The notes under the pieces: generated by a model
The model's database searches: none
The model's input: only the letters and a program-made list of their open reading frames with translations
Told to the model about the DNA's origin: nothing
Part shown: piece by piece, positions 56,604 to 64,000 of the stretch
How positions within the stretch are numbered: the first letter of the stretch is position 1
How the letters are laid out: each line of letters starts with the position of its first letter
Source of the DNA: Candidatus Moraniibacteriota bacterium
GTDB taxonomy: Bacteria; Patescibacteriota; Minisyncoccia; Moranbacterales; DUUL01
Reading direction: 5' to 3'
NCBI GenBank assembly: GCA_041596615.1
Contig: JBFHIG010000005.1
Location: forward strand, 1,214 to 65,213
DNA length: 64,000 nt
Position numbers and translations under genes: made by a program

Positions 56604-57308
56604 TTGTTATTAAAAATGAAAAAGTTATTCTATTGGATGCTAGACTGTTGCCATCTGGTAAAAAGAAGTGCTGTTATGTATCTTTTTTTCGCCCCACCAA
56701 AACATCATTTGGGTCACATAGTTAAAAATAAAAATCCTGTCGTGATAATTCCTGGAATCCTAGGAAGATGGTCCTTTATGAGACCACTTGTAAATGCCCT
56801 TTCTCTCGATGGTCATCCTATCTATGTGGTTAAAAATTTAAAAAACAATTTAATAAACATTCCCGCTTCAGCAAAAATAGTGGGCGAATTTATCAAAGAA
56901 CATAATTTAAAAAATGCTATTTTACTCACATATAGCAAGGGTGGCTTAATTGCAAGATACTTAATCGAGTACCACGCCTCAAAAGACAAGGTCGTTGGTG
57001 TAATTGCCATTGCAACTCCATTTTCTGGATCATCAATGGCAAAACTTATTCCACAAAAAGCTTTCCTAGAACTTCTGCCGGACAGCTTCATAATAAAGAA
57101 ACTTCAAAGCAATAAACAATATAATAATAAAATAATTTCTATAATACCTTTTTATGATAACCTCATATGGGCTGAAAAGGGTAGTTGGTTAGATGGAGCA
57201 CTCCAAAACATCAAGGTTGGTGTTTCTGGTCATCACAAAATACTTTCCGACAAAGAAGTCCTCTTAATTGTCAAAGAAGCTATCGAAAAATTCGAAGTTA
57301 AATCTTAG
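56604..57308 (+). CDS. alpha/beta hydrolase (lipase/esterase-like)
   Basis: 234 aa. VVIIPGILGRW. Nucleophile elbow variant LLTYSKGGLIARY. GHHKIL near the C-terminus. Confidence 0.55.
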   Translation: MLLKMKKLFYWMLDCCHLVKRSAVMYLFFAPPKHHLGHIVKNKNPVVIIPGILGRWSFMRPLVNALSLDGHPIYVVKNLKNNLINIPASAKIVGEFIKEHNLKNAILLTYSKGGLIARYLIEYHASKDKVVGVIAIATPFSGSSMAKLIPQKAFLELLPDSFIIKKLQSNKQYNNKIISIIPFYDNLIWAEKGSWLDGALQNIKVGVSGHHKILSDKEVLLIVKEAIEKFEVKS

Positions 57309-57567
57309 AATTCTCCTCTTTTGCCAAAAAAATTCTAGCGAAAAATCATCCCCTGTTAGCAATCAAACTTTAATTTAAATAAATCCTTTCGTATTGATGC
57401 AATTCCTTAGCCAGACACATCGCTCGCTCCGAACCGCTGACATTCATTAAACTTCTTTTAGTAAAAAAGTTTTCGCCAGTTGGTGAATCTTTATTGTCCC
57501 CCGCCTGAACAATTCATTTTGACAGGTCATAATCACTGTTTCTGGAGTGCCTAATATAACCGAATAT

Positions 57568-57599
57568 AAAAAGACATAAGAACTATCTCATGTCTTTTT
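57568..57599 (-). terminator. hairpin downstream of tRNA-Arg
   Basis: aaaaagacat / atgtcttttt 10-bp stem with a 12-nt loop, 10 nt after the tRNA 3' end. Confidence 0.5.
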
Positions 57600-57609
57600 A
57601 TTATTTGTG

Positions 57610-57683
57610 TGTCCTGGGAGGGATTCGAACCCCCGACCTACAGATTAGAAGTCTATTGCTCTATCCACCTGAGCTACCAGGAC
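57610..57683 (-). tRNA. tRNA-Arg (anticodon TCT)
   Basis: The reverse complement reads GTCCTGG-TA-GCTC-AGGTGGATA-GAGC-A-ATAGA-CTTCTAA-TCTGT-AGGTC-GGGGG-TTCGAAT-CCCTC-CCAGGAC-A. Confidence 0.9.
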
Positions 57684-57810
57684 AAAATTATTTTTAAAAC
57701 TTTCAAAAATTCAGTTTCAAAAACCTCTGGCAAGAATAACAGAAAAAAATCCATTAGTCAAAGGTTGGGATATAAACCTTAAATCTGTTCCTTTTCCATA
57801 AAGATGAAAT

Positions 57811-58335
57811 TTAATCATTGAACGTTGAATCTTCTTTTGTTTCAGTTGGAAAATCACCCTCTTCATCTTCTTTTTCTTGAGTTGACTCTTTTGCTTGTGA
57901 CTCTGGTGTCACCTTCTCTTCATCGCCCAATGATTCTCCTTCTCCCTCTTCTTCTCCCGATTCGACATCTTTAGCATCCTTCAGTCTTTCCAAAACACTT
58001 TCGTCTAAAACATCTACAAATAACTCTCTCTGACTTCCAAACTTATCCGAGTTATTGTAATTATCTCTATATCCTTGTAAAAAAGTAATCGCCTCTTGCG
58101 TCTTTCTTTTCATCTCATCAAAATCTTCTCTCTCTGTTTCGATTTTCGTCCTCACAGAAGCTGAAGGTTGAGATCTATAAACACATTGCCACCAAATCAA
58201 GACAGCTGCCAAAAGAACAGTTCCAAAAAAGAAAATCGTAAAAATCCAAGTATTGCTTCCAAGAAATCTAAAAAAGGCAACGAATTTGTTTTTTAAAAAG
58301 ACTCCAATCTTTTGTCTGCTTTTATTTTTTAGCAT
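57811..58335 (-). CDS. TM-anchored protein with acidic C-terminal tail; last gene of the second pilMNO module
   Basis: 174 aa. TM WIFTIFFFGTVLLAAVLIWW. Glu/Asp-rich tail. Its start overlaps the upstream stop by 1 nt. Confidence 0.5.
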   Translation of the reverse strand: MLKNKSRQKIGVFLKNKFVAFFRFLGSNTWIFTIFFFGTVLLAAVLIWWQCVYRSQPSASVRTKIETEREDFDEMKRKTQEAITFLQGYRDNYNNSDKFGSQRELFVDVLDESVLERLKDAKDVESGEEEGEGESLGDEEKVTPESQAKESTQEKEDEEGDFPTETKEDSTFND

Positions 58336-58991
58336 TACTTTTTTTCATTACTAATTTCTTTAGGCGTAAATGAGAGCGTCACTTTTCCTATTGTGAAATC
58401 AACTGGATATTCCTCTGTTGCTTTTAGCTCACTTATATACTTATTGGAAGAATTTCCCACCTCAATCGACTCTATCTCAAAAACATATGTCATGTTTTCT
58501 AGCTTATACAAAAACTCAAGAAACTGTTTATAATTTCCAGTGATTTCGAGTGATAAACGTACTTTATTTTTCTCTTTAGCCAATTCAGCCAACCGCTTAG
58601 CCTTATCCTCTTCTGTTTCACTAGATGCTGCCTTCGAAGCTTTAACAGCTGAAATCTGTGAGATATTGACACTATTTCCTACTTCTTTGGAAATTTTTTC
58701 CGTATCCTGAATAAAAATTACAATTGAATCCTTCTTGATTAACGCATTTTCAACAAGTTTTTGATCTTTGCCTAAATTATCAACTAATTCAACGAAGACT
58801 TGGGACTGGACTGCATCTTTTTTAATTATTTCAAATTTCATCTTATCCTCCTCGAAATCATCTTTTGTTTGATATACACTTTCAACAATTGGACTTATCA
58901 CAAAAAGAACCAAAGAAATTACCATTACTATGATGGAAATAATTGAAATAACCAAGACCTGTTTACTTTTTTTAACACTGCTACTGTTCAT
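58335..58991 (-). CDS. PilO-like protein (second copy)
   Basis: 218 aa. TM LVISIISIIVMVISLVLFVI, coiled coil, LEITGNYKQFLEFLYKLENMTYVFEIESIEV. Confidence 0.55.
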   Translation of the reverse strand: MNSSSVKKSKQVLVISIISIIVMVISLVLFVISPIVESVYQTKDDFEEDKMKFEIIKKDAVQSQVFVELVDNLGKDQKLVENALIKKDSIVIFIQDTEKISKEVGNSVNISQISAVKASKAASSETEEDKAKRLAELAKEKNKVRLSLEITGNYKQFLEFLYKLENMTYVFEIESIEVGNSSNKYISELKATEEYPVDFTIGKVTLSFTPKEISNEKK

Positions 58992-59007
58992 TTAATTTCG
59001 GTAAAAT

Positions 59008-59541
59008 TTATTCTAATTCAGCCTTAAATGTGAATATGGCATTTGTATCTGATACAAGATTTGAAATCGGAGAATCAATACTTTTAAATCTTTCGTTATT
59101 CTTCAATTGTTGTTCCAGGAAAAGAAGATTCTCTCTTTTAAGAGCAGTCCCGCTTAAAATAACTTCCTTGGAGCCTATCAAAAGATTGCTCAATATAATC
59201 CCCTCTGGAATCATATTGTTAATATCTGCTATCAAACTAGAATAGTCCTTCTTATTTCTTAATCCATTTTTAATTGTTCCGGCTGTTTTACTATATTCAC
59301 GAAGAGACTCTTGCGCTATCTTAGTTTCTCGATACTCACTACTTTTCTCAAAACGAAGAATCTCGCTCTCAACAAAATCCTTCTCAATTTCGATTGAATA
59401 TGTTATCGATTTTAGAAAAACAACCAACAAACACAATGCCAAAATAGCCATTATACCAACCCGCATAACAACTCCAATGTGCTTTAAATTTTTAAGTTCA
59501 TCCTTCCTTTCTTGCGGAAGAAAATTAATCGAAATATTCAT
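59008..59541 (-). CDS. PilN-like protein (second copy)
   Basis: 177 aa. N-terminal ISINFLPQE motif (PilM-binding type) and one TM. 17-nt overlap with pilM2. Confidence 0.65.
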   Translation of the reverse strand: MNISINFLPQERKDELKNLKHIGVVMRVGIMAILALCLLVVFLKSITYSIEIEKDFVESEILRFEKSSEYRETKIAQESLREYSKTAGTIKNGLRNKKDYSSLIADINNMIPEGIILSNLLIGSKEVILSGTALKRENLLFLEQQLKNNERFKSIDSPISNLVSDTNAIFTFKAELE

Positions 59542-60616
59542 CTTCTGAACCTCTTAATGCTAAACCGATTGCAGTTATATAACTCTGCGCTTTTTCTTGT
59601 GAGATGGGGGGTATCTGTCTTTTGAATTTTACATTTTTCCAAGGATCTCCCTGCACAACATCTTTTTTAAGGTGCAGGGCAACATAAGAAACCAATCCCT
59701 TTAAGCTTGACCCTCCTCCAACTAAAATAATTTTTTCAATTTTCTTGTCATTTATCAATAAATTTTCATTATAAAAATCAATTGTTCTGTTTAATTCTTG
59801 AATCAAATTAGAAAGAATCGGTTTAAAAATTCTCAATGCTTCCTCCCGCTCTTTTTTGTTTGACCCTAAACCAATTTTTGTTTTATAATTTTCAGCCTTT
59901 TTTACATCTATTCCAAATTCTTTTGAAACAACATCCGTAAACAATTTACCTGAAATTGAGCTACTTGAAGAAAAAACTGGGTATCCTTCTCTATAAACAA
60001 AATAAGCAGTTCCATCGATTCCAATGTCAGCAACTAAAACTACTTCTTTTTCATCAGCATCCAAAACACTTCTTTCTGTGGCAACAGAATCGGCCTCCAG
60101 AACAGTAACAGTTAGGCCGGCCATCTCAAATGATGTCAATATACTATCAACAACCCTCTTAGGCGTTGCCGCAACTAAAATATCCATATTCTTAGCTTCT
60201 TTTTTTACAATTTGCCAGTCAAAATAAACCTCCTCCACTGAAATAGGAATATTAGATTCCAACTCCCACTGAATAGCTTCTTTCACCTCTTCTTTTTCCA
60301 TTAATGGTAGCTTAATTAAGCGCAAGAAAACTTTATCCTCAGGCACAGAAACAATTACTGATTTTCCTCTTATTTTTTTACCAGCAGCCTCGTTTAGAGC
60401 TTCTTTTAAAATAGTTACAAATTCATCTGTTTTTTGAACCTCAAAGTCTACAACCACACCTTGTGGAAGAAATTTCTTGCTCCATCCACAAATAATATCA
60501 TCGTCTCCTTTGCGTTCAATCTGAAAAACCTTCAGATCGCTGTTATTAACATCCACAGCGAATGTTTGTGGCTTTGAAAAATAGGAAAAATATTTTTTAA
60601 ACGAGTTTATTGCCAT
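59525..60616 (-). CDS. PilM-like actin-fold ATPase (second copy)
   Basis: 363 aa. AVDVNNSDLKVFQIE, VADIGIDGTAYFVY, LVGGGSSLKGLVSYV. Confidence 0.75.
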   Translation of the reverse strand: MAINSFKKYFSYFSKPQTFAVDVNNSDLKVFQIERKGDDDIICGWSKKFLPQGVVVDFEVQKTDEFVTILKEALNEAAGKKIRGKSVIVSVPEDKVFLRLIKLPLMEKEEVKEAIQWELESNIPISVEEVYFDWQIVKKEAKNMDILVAATPKRVVDSILTSFEMAGLTVTVLEADSVATERSVLDADEKEVVLVADIGIDGTAYFVYREGYPVFSSSSSISGKLFTDVVSKEFGIDVKKAENYKTKIGLGSNKKEREEALRIFKPILSNLIQELNRTIDFYNENLLINDKKIEKIILVGGGSSLKGLVSYVALHLKKDVVQGDPWKNVKFKRQIPPISQEKAQSYITAIGLALRGSEDEYFD

Positions 60617-60632
60617 TTTTTAAATTTTCAAT

Positions 60633-62090
60633 TTATAAATCTTCCCACAAATCTAAATCATACGTAGTTCCTGTTGGAAAAAAAGGGGGTGGCGTATAAA
60701 GAAGATTATTATCAAAAATCAAATTCCTATTTGCATATCCAGTCCCATCTGTCCAGGCAAAACCATAGCGATGATTAGTTGCGATTGATCCATAGACTGT
60801 TATGGTATTCCGAGAACGATAACTGGAAAATCCATAATAATCTCTACCAACTCTCCCTTTTTGTGCTAATAATGCAGCGTCTATTTGGAGATAATTTTCA
60901 GAATATAATCCAATCGAGATATCATTCTCTGCGATCAAACCCAGAACCTCTTGCCCATCAGTATGAGTGTAGCGAATGTCATTGTTAATATAAATATTAG
61001 TTTCAATTGCATCAGACGCTAAATTAGCAGAAGCGATTGTAACTCGCGCAGTATCTATTGTTCCATCAACCCAAACATTATCCTCGATAAATATCAATCC
61101 ATTGCTAGGAATATTTAAAATCTCTGCAGAAGATTCACTGCTAATATCAAAAGTAGTTACCCCGCTACTGTATACCAATCTTTTTTCTATCTTGTCATCA
61201 GCCCTTAAGGTTATGTGATAACCAGCAACAGGCTTTTCTTGAGAGTTACATTGCCAATGCCAACCATGATTCCAAAACCATCCACAAACTATTTTCGTGT
61301 AAGTATCTCCTGCAAAATACAGCCCATCGCTGATAGCTTCTGATTTAATCAGTGCTAAATCAGTAGTAACTCCATTAAAATCAACTGCCGGAACAGGAAA
61401 TTTCTTACCAGCCAAGAAAACTGCATTTTCATCTGATTGCGATGTCCAAACTCCTGGCCTAGTAACACCTGTATCTGGATCAATATATGAGACTACTGCG
61501 GAAGAGACTTGATTGTTTGCAACCCCATCGAAACGAATTCCTCCATTGGAGTGTATTGGTCCTTGAACGTTGGTTCCTGCTCCAAACCTCATCTCATCAT
61601 TTGCAAGTACTGAAAATTCACTCCATGAGGCCCTTCTAAAACGCACCTTGACCGATTTTTTAATTTCTGGGTGTTGATACGTCCAACCCGTTGATTCGAC
61701 TGTTGCAATCGTGGAATCAACACTCGGAACTGTAACATTTAGACTATACTTCCCCATCGCATTCCCGTCATTATCAACAACTTCTACCACATAGGGCGAA
61801 TCAGTTCCATAAACCGTCCCCGAATCCCAAAAAGCTCTAATTTGTTGAGCATTTTTTCCATCTAAATTGTGAGCTAAATACCATTTATAAAAGTACACTC
61901 CACTTTCTGCTAGCTGTAGCGCTTGCTGACGAGAAATTTCATCCGAGCCTCTTCTTTGAGCTACACTGACAAAAACCAAAAGTCCCGTTAGCAACGTCGT
62001 AACAACCGCCGCAGCAACTAATGCATAAGCCGCAATAAAACCATTTAGATTATTGCGTCTATTTTTTTCATTTGTTGTCTTTTTATTCAT
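60633..62090 (-). CDS. large PilX_N-anchored surface protein (beta-rich; pilus-associated candidate)
   Basis: 485 aa. N-terminus NGFIAAYALVAAAVVTTLLTGLLVFVSV...QALQLAESGVYFYKWYL (PilX N-terminal pattern). Repetitive beta-rich body with GPIHSNGGIRFDG and CGWFWNHGWHWQC. Confidence 0.55.
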   Translation of the reverse strand: MNKKTTNEKNRRNNLNGFIAAYALVAAAVVTTLLTGLLVFVSVAQRRGSDEISRQQALQLAESGVYFYKWYLAHNLDGKNAQQIRAFWDSGTVYGTDSPYVVEVVDNDGNAMGKYSLNVTVPSVDSTIATVESTGWTYQHPEIKKSVKVRFRRASWSEFSVLANDEMRFGAGTNVQGPIHSNGGIRFDGVANNQVSSAVVSYIDPDTGVTRPGVWTSQSDENAVFLAGKKFPVPAVDFNGVTTDLALIKSEAISDGLYFAGDTYTKIVCGWFWNHGWHWQCNSQEKPVAGYHITLRADDKIEKRLVYSSGVTTFDISSESSAEILNIPSNGLIFIEDNVWVDGTIDTARVTIASANLASDAIETNIYINNDIRYTHTDGQEVLGLIAENDISIGLYSENYLQIDAALLAQKGRVGRDYYGFSSYRSRNTITVYGSIATNHRYGFAWTDGTGYANRNLIFDNNLLYTPPPFFPTGTTYDLDLWEDL

Positions 62091-62258
62091 CCCCTTTTTG
62101 GGTTTTGTTTTTTTTATTTGAGAGACTAAAAAATCTTATTTATTTTCTTTAATAATTATACACAAAAAAGAGAATTATCTCAAGAAGAAAAAAGTTTAAA
62201 AAAACAAAAAGCTCTCAATGTTTTATTAAGAGCTTTTCGAAACACCACACGAAATTCT

Positions 62259-63725
62259 TTAAAGACTAACCTCTCTCCAACCCTCACTACAAGCACGAAC
62301 TGCCTGACAAGAAGCACTTGGACCACCAAACATCCCAGAGCAAGACCAAATCCATTTATCCCCAGCAGGATTTGGACCTTCAACTAAAGTACTTCCCGTT
62401 CCACACCAGCCACTTGCGGGCTCATCGCGACACCAAGTTTTTTTCGTTGCCACGCCACAAATTCCTTCCATTATACATTTACCGTCCTTTAACTTAAAAT
62501 CTGGATCACAAACGTATTCACATTTGTCAGAAGAGGAACATCCACTAACAAGTTGACGCGGAGCTTCCACTGAAAGTCCACTTTCATCACCTATGCACAA
62601 ATTTGCATTACTAGGAATAGCTCCCACGCATTCAGGTTCATTTTCAATTGAAACAATCTGAATTGGGACAATTTCCGAGCATTCCTCTCCAAAAAGATTA
62701 TACTTCATTAGGAGTTCACCTGTATTTATAGGCATCCCAACTCCAATTCCACCGACTTGGTTGTAAATCAAATCAAATTCCCTTGTCACGCCGTTTAGCA
62801 TTGAACCAAGATTGTTCCAAGAGGCTTGACTATTGGAAACCATTGAATAATCAGGCGTTGTTGAAATCAAACTAAATTTATCAGCATTATCACGATAAAA
62901 AGTTGTTTCAACATTCTCTGGTCTAAAAGGAATCAAAATATCTTCAATTATTTTTGTAAAAATTGAAGTTAAATCTCCAACATTTGATGAGTAATATTCA
63001 CCTTCTTTATTGCCAGATTCTTTAGCTATTTTTGTCAAAGTATTGCTGTCAGCGTCACCTCCTATGCCAACTGAAAAAACCGTGGTATCACCAGCTACAC
63101 TCATAATTCCAAAATTAATTGGCACCCCAACATTTTGTTTCCCATCTGATGCAAGAATTATAAACTTCTTTGCATCACTATCAGCTGTAGCCTTTAAATG
63201 ATTGCCTGCTGTTATTAAAGCGCCACTGATATTGGTTTGACCCAACGCAGAGAAACTGTCGATTGCATCTTTGACTTTATCATAATTTGATGTTAGCGAT
63301 TGATCCAGTGTCACGTTCTCATTATACGTAACCAAACTCAGTCTATTGTCTGGGTTAGAGCTTTTCACAAAAGTATCGGCAATTATATTTAAAGCATTTT
63401 TTGCGGCTTCAATTTTTTTTACACCACCTTCTTCATCGCCCATAGAACCTGATCTATCCATTACTAAAACAATTTCAACATTCTTTCCTGCCTCTAAATT
63501 ATCTTCACCATCAGCGCTGATAGTGAGGTGTGTTTTAAATTCATATCCAGTCGGAACAATTGTCGTAAAAGGCTCACTGGAATTTAAACGCTTCCCGGAA
63601 TAAAGAAAACTTCCAGAGAAATTATTCCCACAGTCGCCAGGACTAGCTGAGGCATTAGAAAAAATTCCTGAAAAAAATATGGTTAAAATTAAAATTAGCG
63701 CAGGTTTCCTTATTTTATTTTTCAT
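62259..63725 (-). CDS. secreted von Willebrand factor A protein with Cys/Trp-rich C-terminal domain
   Basis: 488 aa. Signal peptide ALILILTIFFSGIFSNASA. MIDAS VLVMDRSGSM...T...SDG. The last ~110 aa hold 14 Cys, including CGVATKKTWC...GWCGTG...KWIWSCSGMFGGPSASC. Confidence 0.8.
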   Translation of the reverse strand: MKNKIRKPALILILTIFFSGIFSNASASPGDCGNNFSGSFLYSGKRLNSSEPFTTIVPTGYEFKTHLTISADGEDNLEAGKNVEIVLVMDRSGSMGDEEGGVKKIEAAKNALNIIADTFVKSSNPDNRLSLVTYNENVTLDQSLTSNYDKVKDAIDSFSALGQTNISGALITAGNHLKATADSDAKKFIILASDGKQNVGVPINFGIMSVAGDTTVFSVGIGGDADSNTLTKIAKESGNKEGEYYSSNVGDLTSIFTKIIEDILIPFRPENVETTFYRDNADKFSLISTTPDYSMVSNSQASWNNLGSMLNGVTREFDLIYNQVGGIGVGMPINTGELLMKYNLFGEECSEIVPIQIVSIENEPECVGAIPSNANLCIGDESGLSVEAPRQLVSGCSSSDKCEYVCDPDFKLKDGKCIMEGICGVATKKTWCRDEPASGWCGTGSTLVEGPNPAGDKWIWSCSGMFGGPSASCQAVRACSEGWREVSL

Positions 63726-63761
63726 TATATTATATTTTTTTATATAACTTACATAAAAACA

Positions 63762-63998
63762 CTATTCTTGCATATCTTCTTTATATTTAGTATCAACAAC
63801 GATATTATCTACGTAAATAAGATCCTTTTCTATTTCTGATAATAGAATTTCAACTGGGAGTTTAACCCCAACATACATACCCTCTTTAAGATCTTCCAGT
63901 TTCATTTCAACTTCAGCATCCTCCCCATCTTCGCCTATTTGATATTCAAAAATTCCGCCTTTATTTTCATCAGCAAATTTCAAACGAACATTTCTCAT
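63762..63998 (-). CDS. small acidic hypothetical protein at the window edge
   Basis: 78-aa ORF whose ATG is 2 nt from the window end. The upstream context cannot be seen. Confidence 0.3.
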   Translation of the reverse strand: MRNVRLKFADENKGGIFEYQIGEDGEDAEVEMKLEDLKEGMYVGVKLPVEILLSEIEKDLIYVDNIVVDTKYKEDMQE

Positions 63999-64000
63999 AT

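Noticed and set aside
1-64000. CRISPR arrays, transposases, integrases and known defence systems
   Set aside because: I saw no regularly spaced 25-40-bp repeats. The only tandem repeat is a 7-mer. No ORF carries DDE, tyrosine/serine recombinase, Cas, restriction-modification or abortive-infection hallmarks.
1-64000. Alternative genetic code (UGA recoding), as in some candidate phyla
   Set aside because: Long uninterrupted ORFs with full-length conserved proteins are obtained with the standard code, so there is no need to read through TGA.

Overview
This is a visibly AT-rich, tightly packed chromosomal segment, mostly coded on the minus strand. Gene content points to a small-genome bacterium with a monoderm-style envelope. 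The type IV pilus (T4P) machinery has no secretin, the enzymes are compact, and noncoding DNA is scarce. That fits a Patescibacteria/CPR-like organism, but this assignment is inference only. Housekeeping genes include dnaG-rpoD, serC-serA, pyk, htpX-lemA, clpC, comF, ung, maf, murC, tsaE, galU, rmlA, ychF and a U32 peptidase. RNA genes are tRNA-Ser(GGA), tRNA-Ser(GCT), tRNA-Arg(TCT) and an RNase P RNA. The RNase P RNA lies under two spurious ORFs of the ORF track. The dominant feature is a roughly 13.6-kb T4P operon (12918-26481, minus strand). Its order is pilM-N-O, pilB, a stand-alone receiver, pilT, pilC, three tandem pilins, pilD, GspH/FimT-, PilV-, PilW- and PilX-like minor pilins, then a distal pilin. 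Between the minor pilins and the distal pilin sit three tandem paralogues of an eight-cysteine, C-type-lectin-like (DUF1566/FGE-like) module, in the slot that PilY1-type adhesins normally occupy. This is my best candidate for an undescribed pilus-tip adhesin system. A second, partial pilus module (57811-63725) combines pilM2-N2-O2 with a large PilX_N-anchored protein and a secreted VWA protein with a Cys/Trp-rich tail. tRNA-Ser(GCT) is an insertion hotspot. Upstream is a GIY-YIG cassette bounded by a 30-bp duplication of the tRNA 5' end. Downstream is a 1.2-kb orphan-gene insert bounded by a duplicated terminator. The hotspot also holds GC-rich hairpin islands and a perfect 38-bp nested palindrome. 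No CRISPR array, transposase or recognisable defence system was seen.
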